DNA from: Promethearchaeota archaeon
Lineage (GTDB): Archaea; Asgardarchaeota; Lokiarchaeia; Sigyniarchaeales; SOKP01
DNA: 64,000 nucleotides
Direction of reading: 5' to 3'
Assembly (NCBI GenBank): GCA_019057865.1
Contig: JAHLWP010000018.1
Coordinates: forward strand, 9,052-73,051
Part shown: piece by piece, positions 40,758 to 49,772 of the stretch
Layout: every line of letters begins with the position of its first letter
Numbering within the stretch: position 1 is the first letter of the stretch
Position numbers and translations under genes: made by a program
The notes under the pieces: model-generated
Told to the model about the DNA's origin: nothing
Databases searched by the model: none
What the model saw: only the letters and a program-made list of their open reading frames with translations

Positions 40758-42014
40758 ATATCAGGAAATGAAATCGAAAAGTTAATCAAGAGTTCTGATT
40801 TAGATAGATCCTTTATTAAATCTCTATCCAAAATTGAGGGAGCAAAAAGTATATTAGCTTGTTTTCAATGTGGAATGTGCTCATCAAGCTGTCCTATTGA
40901 AGAGCAATTTCCTTTAAGTCCAGATGATTTAACTAAAATAGCTGCAATTGGTGCGAAAAACAAGATTTTAAGAGAAAATGTCCTTAGATATTGCTTAACT
41001 TGCCGAACTTGTCAAGAATATTGCCCACAAGGTGTTGATTTTATTGAATTCATTAAAGCAGCTAGAAGGTTATTAGTAGACAAGGGTATGAAATATGAGG
41101 AGACTCATGATGGGATATTAACTCTTCTAAATGAAATACAAGCAAAACAATCATCAGGCTTAATATTACCCTCTGATTTAATACCAGAGGGATCTCAAAT
41201 ATCTAGAAAGGGTAAGATAGCATATTTTATTGGATGCTTACCAATTCTGGATGTTGTTTTTAATAATTTAGACTTAAATTTGCAAGGAATTGCGCAAAAT
41301 GGAATAAAGATCATGAATGAGGTACTCGAAAAGCCACCAATAATTCTTGGAAATATGAAATGTTGTGGACATGATGCCCTTTGGAAGGGACATTTTGAGA
41401 CTTTTAAAAAATTGGCAGAATATAATGTGAACGAAATCAATAAGTTAGGTATTGAAACTATCATTACAACATGTGCAGAATGTTATAGAACGTTAAAATT
41501 AGATTATCCGAAATATATTGAAAATGCCAATTTTAAGGTCATTCACCTTACAGAATTGATTGCTGATGAAGTTGAAAGTGGTCAATTTGAATTTTTAGAC
41601 TCTCCTAATCGGGCAGTTACATATCATGATCCTTGCAGATTAGGAAGGCACATGAAAGTTTATTCACCTCCTAGAAAAATCCTTAATTCAATGGAAGAAC
41701 ACGGGATCATATTTAATGAAATGCCAAGATCCAAGGAAAATTCTGTTTGCTGTGGAGTAAGTTGCTTTATAAATTGTAATGATCTATCAAAGGCTTTACA
41801 GCTCGATAGAATAAAAGAAGCAAAAAAGGTTGCAGATTTATTAGTAACCTCTTGTCCAAAATGCCAAATTCATTATAATTGTATGCTTCAAGAGAAAAAA
41901 GAAAAAATTTCTGATGAAATAAAGTTAGAAATTACAGATATAACAAATTTAATAGCTAATATGATGGGTTTTTCAGAAGAGAAAAAAGATGAAGTATTAT
42001 TAGCCTCCCCTTAA
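40758..42014 (+). CDS. HdrD-like (HdrC+HdrB/CCG fusion) Fe-S oxidoreductase; probable ATA start
   Basis: ORF-track ATG40875 cuts inside CFQCGMCSSSCP; frame open back to ATA40758 behind AAGGTGA; CCG domains KCCG, YHDPCRLGR, CCG, SCPKC. Confidence 0.82.
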   Translation: MSGNEIEKLIKSSDLDRSFIKSLSKIEGAKSILACFQCGMCSSSCPIEEQFPLSPDDLTKIAAIGAKNKILRENVLRYCLTCRTCQEYCPQGVDFIEFIKAARRLLVDKGMKYEETHDGILTLLNEIQAKQSSGLILPSDLIPEGSQISRKGKIAYFIGCLPILDVVFNNLDLNLQGIAQNGIKIMNEVLEKPPIILGNMKCCGHDALWKGHFETFKKLAEYNVNEINKLGIETIITTCAECYRTLKLDYPKYIENANFKVIHLTELIADEVESGQFEFLDSPNRAVTYHDPCRLGRHMKVYSPPRKILNSMEEHGIIFNEMPRSKENSVCCGVSCFINCNDLSKALQLDRIKEAKKVADLLVTSCPKCQIHYNCMLQEKKEKISDEIKLEITDITNLIANMMGFSEEKKDEVLLASP

Positions 42015-42038
42015 AGTACTTAAGAAGGTTGTAATTAA

Positions 42039-43769
42039 ATGTCTAATAAAGAAGAAAATAAAGAAGAATCTGTAAGGATTGGAACTTTTATTTGTCTATG
42101 TGGCTCAAAAATAGGAAGTGTCATAGATTGTAAATTACTCGCGGATTTTGCGAAGACATTTCCTGATGTAATATATTCTGAAGATAATTTATTTGCTTGC
42201 TCAGAATCAGGGTTAGCTAGTATTAAAAACGCAATTGAAAAATATAATTTAGAGAGAGTTGTAATAGCAGCCTGTACTCCAAGCACACATGAAAGTCTTT
42301 TTCAGAATACAATCCGAGAATCAGGAATAAATCCATATTTATTTGCATTAGTAAATATTCGTGACCAATGTGCTTGGGCGCATATGTCTGAACCTGAAAA
42401 AGCGATGGAAAAAGCAAAAGAGTTAATCGCATTAAACGTTTCAAGAGTTAAGCTTCTGGAACCTATCTATGAAACAACTGTAGATATCTGCCATTCTGCG
42501 TTAGTAATAGGTGGGGGAATAGCCGGACTAACAGCGGCACTTAGTTTAGGTAACCAGGGATTTAACTCATGTATTATTGAAAGAGAAAAAGAACTTGGGG
42601 GATTAGTTAGAAAGATTCACTATATTTTAGGAACTGGAGATCCTCAAGAATATCTTAAAAGTCTAATTGAACAGGTTAAAAATCATAAAAGGATTAAAAT
42701 TTTTACAAATGTTAAGATAGAAGAAATAAATGGATTCATCGGAAATTTCTCAACATTAATAAAATATAATGGTCGAAAAAAAGAACTTGAGTCTGGAGTA
42801 ATTATAGTTGCAACCGGAGGAAGAGAGTACAAGCCGAGAGAATTTTTATATGGTACGGATGAAAGAATCATAACACAGTTGGAATTAGAACAAAAAATTG
42901 TAGCCGATCAAGTAAAAGGACAAACAATAGCAATGATACAGTGTGTCGGATCTAGAAATGAAGAAAGACCAAATTGTAGCAGAATTTGTTGTGTAGAAGC
43001 AATTAAAAATGCTTTAAAATTAAAAGAAAAAAACCCTAGACTAAATGTTTGCATTTTAAATAGAGATATTCATACCTATGGTTTTAAAGAAGATTATTAT
43101 AACGAAGCAAGAGAAAAAGGAGTAATTTTTATTCAATTTGATGAAAATTTTGAACCAATAGTTAATATCAAAACTAATAAATTGACGATTACTGTAAAAG
43201 ATGTGTTATTAAATGAGCGTGTAACCCTTAAAACAGATCTTATTGCTTTAAGCTCTGCTTTTCTTCCCTCAGAAAATATGGAGCTTTCTAAAATGTTAAA
43301 AGTACCACTTGATAAAAACGGATTTTTCTTAGAAGCTCATGTTAAACTACGTCCACTTGATTTCGCAACTAGCGGAATATTCTTATGTGGCGCAGCACAA
43401 TGGCCAAAATTCATTGATGAAACAATTTCACAAGCATTAGGAGCTGCCTCTAGAGCGGGCACTATTTTATCAAAAGAAAAAATAAATATTGTCGGCTCTG
43501 TTGCAGAAATCGATGAGGATATGTGCATTGGTTGCGGTAATTGTAGGGATTTATGCGCCTATAATGCAATAGAAATTGGTGAAAGGCAATCAGAGTATAA
43601 AGCAGAAGATATAATACAAGAACCTATAGTAGAGTTAACTTGGTATAAATCTAAGGTTCTTCAAGCTTTTTGTAAAGGCTGTGGAGCGTGTATTGACGTA
43701 TGTCCTGTTGGAGCCTTGTCTTTAAAGCATTTTACTTTTCAACAAATTTCAAATAATTTTACTAAATAA
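42039..43769 (+). CDS. hdrA: HdrA-family module B
   Basis: GTFICLCG, GGGIAG, EAHVKLRP, CKGCGAC. Confidence 0.85.
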   Translation: MSNKEENKEESVRIGTFICLCGSKIGSVIDCKLLADFAKTFPDVIYSEDNLFACSESGLASIKNAIEKYNLERVVIAACTPSTHESLFQNTIRESGINPYLFALVNIRDQCAWAHMSEPEKAMEKAKELIALNVSRVKLLEPIYETTVDICHSALVIGGGIAGLTAALSLGNQGFNSCIIEREKELGGLVRKIHYILGTGDPQEYLKSLIEQVKNHKRIKIFTNVKIEEINGFIGNFSTLIKYNGRKKELESGVIIVATGGREYKPREFLYGTDERIITQLELEQKIVADQVKGQTIAMIQCVGSRNEERPNCSRICCVEAIKNALKLKEKNPRLNVCILNRDIHTYGFKEDYYNEAREKGVIFIQFDENFEPIVNIKTNKLTITVKDVLLNERVTLKTDLIALSSAFLPSENMELSKMLKVPLDKNGFFLEAHVKLRPLDFATSGIFLCGAAQWPKFIDETISQALGAASRAGTILSKEKINIVGSVAEIDEDMCIGCGNCRDLCAYNAIEIGERQSEYKAEDIIQEPIVELTWYKSKVLQAFCKGCGACIDVCPVGALSLKHFTFQQISNNFTK

Positions 43770-43790
43770 AAAAAAGAGGATAAGCTTAAA

Positions 43791-45476
43791 ATGTTAGAAG
43801 AAGGAAAGAATGAAAAAGAGATTAGAGTAGGAGTATTTGTTTGTCATTGTGGTTCTAATATCGGCGGAGTGATTGATTGTAAGAAACTCGCTAAATATGC
43901 GAAGAAATTACCTAATGTGGTTTATACTGAAGATAATCTTTACACATGCTCTGAAAATGGATTAGCCAGCATTAAGAAGGCAATAAAAGAGTATAATTTA
44001 AATCGGATAGTTGTAGCATCATGTACTCCAAGAACTCATGAACCTTTGTTTCGCGAATGTATCTCAGAAGCAGGATTAAATCCCTACCTTTTCAATTTTG
44101 TCAATATTAGAGAACAATGTTCATGGGTTCATAGGCAATATCCTAATGAAGCCTATGAGAAGGCAAAAGATCTAATTAGCATGGGAGTGGCTAAAGCCAC
44201 AAAATTAGAACCTTTGGAAATGATTACAATAAAAATTAATCCTAATGCTTTAGTAATTGGTGGTGGAATTTGCGGAATGAGTGCTGCACTTAATTTAAGT
44301 AGACAGGGATTTAAAACTTATCTTATTGAAAAGGAGAATGAATTAGGTGGAAGGTTAAATACACTTTATAAACTATTTCCACATGACACCGAGGCTTTAG
44401 AGCTAATAAAGGATATTAAAAATAAAGTTCAAAAAGCTAGGAATTTAGAAGTTTATACAACAACAAGAATAAAAAATATTGATGGATTTGTGGGGAATTA
44501 CGATATAGAAATTGTACAGAATGGTAAAATTATCAATTTAACAGTAGGAGCGATAATCGTTGCTGTAGGTTCTTCGACACTTACACCTGAAGGCATGTTT
44601 GGATATGATGGCAAAATAAGAATAACTCAGTACGAATTGGAAGCAAAACTAAGAAGAAATGAAATAGATGCAAATAATGTTATAATGATACAATGCGTGG
44701 GATCTCGGAATGATGAGAGACCTTATTGTTCAAGCATTTGCTGCATGACAGCTATAAAGAATGCGCTAATTATCAAAGAAAGAAATCCAATTTCAAATAT
44801 TACGATATTATTTAGAGATTTATACTCTCCCGGGACTAATTATGAAAAATATTATAGAAACGCAAGAGAAAAAGGAATACTCTTTATAAAATACAAACCT
44901 GATAAATTGCCTTCTGTAGAAGAAAATCAAATAAAGGTATTTAATGAATACATTGGAGATCATATAATAATTCCTTATGATTTATTGGTATTATCAACTC
45001 CATTAGTTGCCAATGAAGATAATAAGGAACTTGCGCAAAAATTAAAAGTACCATTGGAAGCCAACAATTTCTTCTTAGAAGCCCACGTAAAGTTACGCCC
45101 TAATGATTTTGCGACAGATGGAGTATATGTAGGTGGCTCAGCAAAATGGCCTGTGGACGTCTCAGAAACTATAACTCAAGGTTATGCAGCAGCAGCTAGG
45201 GCGAGTACGATTTTGTCTCATGAGACGATTAAAGTAGAGGGTGCTATTGCTACTGTAGATCCTGAAAAATGCATAGGATGCGGATCCTGCGAAATGATCT
45301 GTCCATTTAATGCTATACAAATAGAAAGGATGGAATTGGGGTTAAAAGCCACCATTTTTTCAGCTGTTTGTAAGGGCTGTGGAGTTTGTGGTGCAAGTTG
45401 TCCTTTAAATGCAATTTCTATGAAACATTTTATGGACCTTCAAATATATGAACAAATATATGCATTATCAGAATGA
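43791..45476 (+). CDS. hdrA: HdrA-family module B (close paralog of 30184..31866)
   Basis: GVFVCHCG, ASCTPRTHE, EAHVKLRP, CKGCGVC. Confidence 0.87.
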   Translation: MLEEGKNEKEIRVGVFVCHCGSNIGGVIDCKKLAKYAKKLPNVVYTEDNLYTCSENGLASIKKAIKEYNLNRIVVASCTPRTHEPLFRECISEAGLNPYLFNFVNIREQCSWVHRQYPNEAYEKAKDLISMGVAKATKLEPLEMITIKINPNALVIGGGICGMSAALNLSRQGFKTYLIEKENELGGRLNTLYKLFPHDTEALELIKDIKNKVQKARNLEVYTTTRIKNIDGFVGNYDIEIVQNGKIINLTVGAIIVAVGSSTLTPEGMFGYDGKIRITQYELEAKLRRNEIDANNVIMIQCVGSRNDERPYCSSICCMTAIKNALIIKERNPISNITILFRDLYSPGTNYEKYYRNAREKGILFIKYKPDKLPSVEENQIKVFNEYIGDHIIIPYDLLVLSTPLVANEDNKELAQKLKVPLEANNFFLEAHVKLRPNDFATDGVYVGGSAKWPVDVSETITQGYAAAARASTILSHETIKVEGAIATVDPEKCIGCGSCEMICPFNAIQIERMELGLKATIFSAVCKGCGVCGASCPLNAISMKHFMDLQIYEQIYALSE

Positions 45477-45497
45477 TTATTGGAGAAAGGTGTTCAA

Positions 45498-46262
45498 ATG
45501 TATAACCCAAAAATTTTAGGATTTTTATGTAATTGGTGCTCATATGCGGGTGCAGATCTTGCCGGTGTTTCGCGATTCAATTATCCACCAAATTTAAGGA
45601 TAATTAGAGTAATGTGCAGCGGAAGAATTGATCCAAATTTTATTTTGACAGCATTCGAAAAAGGTTTAGACGGAGTATTGGTAGCAGGATGTCACCTTGG
45701 AGATTGCCATTATCTTACAGGAAATTATCATACAAAATATAAGATTTTAATGATGAAAAAGATACTTGAAAAACTTGGGTTTGAAACAAAGAGATTACGA
45801 CTTGAATGGGTATCTGCTGCCGAAGGGAAAATATTTGCAGATTTAATAACTGAATTTACTGAAGAACTGATAAAACTAGGACCTTTATCTGTTAAATTTG
45901 ACAAAATTTTGATAAAGAATTTGTTTTTTGCCAAACAAATCTGTTCTGACTTTAGACTTAGATGGTTAATTAGTAGAGAAAGGGATTTAGTTGAAAGTGA
46001 AAATGCTTATGGTGAAAAAATTCCCGAGGAGAAATTTGAAAAATTATTAGACCATATAATAGAAACAGAATTGATTAAAATTAAAATTCAAAATCTTATT
46101 GAAGAAAAGGGTTTATCTGCAGAAGAGATTTCAAGTAAATTAAAAATTCCATCAGAAAAAGTTATGGAACATCTTATTACAATGAATGATGACCATAAAA
46201 TAACATTTAATATCAAAAACAAAATGGCAATATTTGCTAAAGAGGGAGGAATGGTTAAATGA
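45498..46262 (+). CDS. mvhD: MvhD [2Fe-2S] subunit with C-terminal wHTH-like extension
   Basis: FLCNWCSYAGADLAG; tail LSAEEISSKLKIPSEKVMEHL; likely start ATG45498. Confidence 0.85.
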   Translation: MYNPKILGFLCNWCSYAGADLAGVSRFNYPPNLRIIRVMCSGRIDPNFILTAFEKGLDGVLVAGCHLGDCHYLTGNYHTKYKILMMKKILEKLGFETKRLRLEWVSAAEGKIFADLITEFTEELIKLGPLSVKFDKILIKNLFFAKQICSDFRLRWLISRERDLVESENAYGEKIPEEKFEKLLDHIIETELIKIKIQNLIEEKGLSAEEISSKLKIPSEKVMEHLITMNDDHKITFNIKNKMAIFAKEGGMVK

Positions 46263-49200
46263 GTAAACTTGAATCTAAAATTAAAATAGGAGCAGTATTA
46301 GTAGTCGGAGGTGGAATTGCCGGGATACAAACATCATTAGATCTCGCAGAGTTAGGATTTAAAGTCTTTATAGTAGAGAGTTCTCCCGCAATAGGTGGTA
46401 TCATGAGCCAATTAGATAAAACATTTCCTACAAATGACTGTGCAATGTGCATTTTAAGCCCTAAATTAGTAGAGGTGGGTAGACATCAAAACATTCAAAT
46501 AATTACTCACGCTGAAGTTGAGAATCTAGAGGGTTCGGCTGGAAATTTTAATGTTATATTAAAAAAGTATCCAAGATATATCAATGAAGATAAATGTACA
46601 GGTTGTGGACTTTGTTCAGAGTGGTGCCCGATCGAAACTTCAAATGAATATGATGAGGGATTACGAAAAAGAAAAAGTATTTTTATTAAATATCCACAAG
46701 CAATTCCAAAATTACCATCTATAGATAGAACAATTTGTATCGGTTGCCGGTTATGTGAATATATATGTGAAGCAAAAGCCATTGATTTTACTCAAAAAGA
46801 AGAAATGATTGAATTGAAAGTCGGTTCTATAATTGTCGCTCAAGGATCTACTCCCTATAATCCGTTACCTCTAAAAATGTATGGATATGGGCGTTTTTCG
46901 AACGTGATAGCAAGTACCGAATTTGAACGAATATTGAGTGCATCTGGACCTTTCATGGGTCATGTTTTACGACCTTCCGACGGAAAAATACCAGAAAAAA
47001 TAGTATGGATACAATGTATTGGTTCAAGAGATCGAAGAATAGGTAATAATTATTGTTCAGCAGTTTGTTGCATGTACGCAATTAAAGAAGCAATAATTGC
47101 AAAGGAGCATGAACCAGAAATTGACTGTTACATTTTTTTTATAGATATAAGAGCTTATGGAAAAGGATTCGAGGATTATTATCTGAGAGCTCAAGAATTA
47201 GGAATCAAATTCTTAAGAGGAAAAATTGCCTTAATTAATGAAGATCCACAAACGAAAAGTTTAATTATAGCCCATGAAAATAGTGAAACAGGGGAGGTAA
47301 TAGAAGAACATTTTGATATGGTTGTTCTCTCTATAGGTTTGCAACCTTCTAATTCTGGTATTGATTTGAGTAAAAAATTGGGAGTTAATCTTAATAAATA
47401 TAATTTTATTGACACAAATATATTTTCTCCTTTAGAAACTAATAAGCCCGGGATTTTTGTATGTGGGACTTGTTCTGGTCCTAAAGATATTCCTGAAACA
47501 GTAGCAGAAGCAAGTGGCGTGGCTGGAAAAGTCTCTTCATTTCTTTCTACTGAAAGAAATACATTAACATCTATAAAAGAATATCCTCCTGAACTTTCAA
47601 TTGAAGATCAAGAAGCTAGGATTGGAGTATTTATTTGCCACTGTGGAATAAACATCGGTGGAATTGTAAATATCCCTGAAGTAGTTAAATTTGCTAAAAC
47701 TCTTCCTAACGTTGCTTATGCTGAAGAAAATTTGTATACCTGTTCCCAAGATACCCAAGATAAAATGAAACAAATAATAGAAGAATATAAATTAAATAGG
47801 GTTGTTGTAGCCTCTTGTACTCCTCGGACACACGAATCATTGTTCCACAATACCATTAGAGAAGCAGGATTGAATCCTTATTTATTTGAATTAGTAAATA
47901 TTAGAGAACAGTGTTCCTGGGTTCATATGTCCATCCCTGAAGAAGCTACAGAAAAAGCAAAAGACCTAGTAGCAATGAATGTTGCCAAAGCTAAACTTTT
48001 AGAACCAATATATGAAACATCTGTAGATATTACGCACTCCGGTCTAGTAATAGGCGGTGGAATAGCAGGAATGAATGCTGCATTAGAATTAGCAAATCAA
48101 GGTTTTGAAGTTTATTTGATTGAAAAAGAAAAAGAGTTAGGTGGTTTTGTAAGAAATATACATTATGTTCTAGAAGATGGGGATCCTCAAGAATATCTCG
48201 AGCAAATTGTTAATCAAGTATTAAATCATGATAAAATTAAAGTATTCACTAGCACAAAGATTAAAGATGTACAGGGATTCGTCGGAAATTTTCTAGTTAC
48301 AGTGAATTATAATAGTAAGAAAAAAGAACTTGATACTGGAGTAATTATTGTTGCTACAGGTGGAACAGAATATAAACCAATGGAATACATGTATGGAACT
48401 GATGAAAGAATATTAACTCAGCAAGAATTGGAACAAAAGATTGTTTTAAATGAAATAGATGCAGAAACAGTTGTAATGATTCAATGCGTTGGTTCGAGAA
48501 ATGAAGAACGTCCTAATTGTAATAGAATATGTTGTTCTCTTGCATTAAAAAATGCTTTAAAGTTAAAAGAGAAAAACCCTAAGAGGAATATTTGTATTCT
48601 ATATAGAGATATTCGAACTTATGGTTTTAAGGAGAATTACTACGGGGAAGCAAGAGAAAAAGGGATTATTTTTATCCGATATGATGAAAAACTCGAACCC
48701 GAGGTTAGCATTAAAGAGAATAAGTTGATTGTCTCTGTAAATGATTCATTATTAAATGAACAAATAGTTATTAAGCCTGATCTTATAGTATTGAGTGCTG
48801 GCTTTTTACCAACAGAAAATAAAGAATTATCCCAAATGTTAAAAGTTCCCCTTGAACAGAATGGATTTTTCCTAGAAGCACATGTGAAGCTTCGTCCACT
48901 TGATTTTGCTACTGATGGAATTTTCGTATGTGGAACGGCACAATGGCCAAAATTTATTAATGAGACAATTCCACAAGCAAAAGGAGCAGCGGCGAGAGCT
49001 GCTACAATTTTATCTAAAGAAAAAATGAAAATTATAGGTTCAACTGCAGAAATCGAAGAAAATAAATGTATGGGTTGCGGTGAATGTAGGGATATATGTA
49101 TTTATGATGCAATTGAGCCAATTGAGACCATAATTAATTTTAAAGGTATCCTGGATTCAGAAATTCCATATGTAAGTTTAATCCGATATAAATCTAGAGT

Positions 49201-49321
49201 CCTTCCGGCTGTATGTAAAGGATGTGGAGCTTGTGAAGGTGTTTGTCCAGTTGGGGCTATAAGTTTAAAGCATTTCACAAATCAACAATTAATTGCTATG
49301 ATTCAATCTTATTTAGGATAA
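46259..49321 (+). CDS. hdrA: Large two-module HdrA (A+B fusion)
   Basis: DKTFPTNDCAMC, two FAD motifs, several 4Fe-4S motifs. Confidence 0.9.
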   Translation: MSKLESKIKIGAVLVVGGGIAGIQTSLDLAELGFKVFIVESSPAIGGIMSQLDKTFPTNDCAMCILSPKLVEVGRHQNIQIITHAEVENLEGSAGNFNVILKKYPRYINEDKCTGCGLCSEWCPIETSNEYDEGLRKRKSIFIKYPQAIPKLPSIDRTICIGCRLCEYICEAKAIDFTQKEEMIELKVGSIIVAQGSTPYNPLPLKMYGYGRFSNVIASTEFERILSASGPFMGHVLRPSDGKIPEKIVWIQCIGSRDRRIGNNYCSAVCCMYAIKEAIIAKEHEPEIDCYIFFIDIRAYGKGFEDYYLRAQELGIKFLRGKIALINEDPQTKSLIIAHENSETGEVIEEHFDMVVLSIGLQPSNSGIDLSKKLGVNLNKYNFIDTNIFSPLETNKPGIFVCGTCSGPKDIPETVAEASGVAGKVSSFLSTERNTLTSIKEYPPELSIEDQEARIGVFICHCGINIGGIVNIPEVVKFAKTLPNVAYAEENLYTCSQDTQDKMKQIIEEYKLNRVVVASCTPRTHESLFHNTIREAGLNPYLFELVNIREQCSWVHMSIPEEATEKAKDLVAMNVAKAKLLEPIYETSVDITHSGLVIGGGIAGMNAALELANQGFEVYLIEKEKELGGFVRNIHYVLEDGDPQEYLEQIVNQVLNHDKIKVFTSTKIKDVQGFVGNFLVTVNYNSKKKELDTGVIIVATGGTEYKPMEYMYGTDERILTQQELEQKIVLNEIDAETVVMIQCVGSRNEERPNCNRICCSLALKNALKLKEKNPKRNICILYRDIRTYGFKENYYGEAREKGIIFIRYDEKLEPEVSIKENKLIVSVNDSLLNEQIVIKPDLIVLSAGFLPTENKELSQMLKVPLEQNGFFLEAHVKLRPLDFATDGIFVCGTAQWPKFINETIPQAKGAAARAATILSKEKMKIIGSTAEIEENKCMGCGECRDICIYDAIEPIETIINFKGILDSEIPYVSLIRYKSRVLPAVCKGCGACEGVCPVGAISLKHFTNQQLIAMIQSYLG

Positions 49322-49335
49322 TGAGGTGTATAAAT

Positions 49336-49767
49336 ATGGAAAAAGATAAAAAAGGGTTTAATCCAAAAATAATTACATTTTTATGTAATTGGTGTGGTTA
49401 TGCTGGAGCTGATTTAGCAGGAGTAAGTCGTTTTCAATATCCTCCTACCATTAGAATAATAAGGGTAATGTGTTCTGGAAGAATCCAACCCTCTTTAATA
49501 CTTAATGCATTTAATCGTGGAAGTGATGGAGTTTTAGTATGTGGATGCCATTTAGGGGATTGCCATTATATTTCGGGAAATGAAAAAGCTGAGGAAGGAA
49601 TTAAGATAACTCAAAAATTACTTGATTTTTTAAGAATTGAACCAGAAAGACTTAGATTGGAATGGGTATCAGCAGCGGAAGGGGCTAAGTTTGCAGATGT
49701 AGTAAAAAATTTTACCGAGCATCTTATTTCAATCGGACCAATTAATATAGAAAGCGAGAGTGTGTAA
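49336..49767 (+). CDS. mvhD: MvhD [2Fe-2S] subunit
   Basis: FLCNWCGYAGADLAG, GCHLGDCHY; ATG49336 lies 6 nt after GAGGTGT. Confidence 0.9.
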   Translation: MEKDKKGFNPKIITFLCNWCGYAGADLAGVSRFQYPPTIRIIRVMCSGRIQPSLILNAFNRGSDGVLVCGCHLGDCHYISGNEKAEEGIKITQKLLDFLRIEPERLRLEWVSAAEGAKFADVVKNFTEHLISIGPINIESESV

Positions 49768-49772
49768 GAAAT

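Noticed and set aside
49243-49335. N-terminal extension of mvhD given by the ORF track (likewise porG 14758-14823)
   Set aside because: The mvhD extension overlaps the upstream hdrA and a better ATG with a Shine-Dalgarno lies at 49336; the porG extension precedes the conserved domain and reads as AT-rich intergenic sequence.
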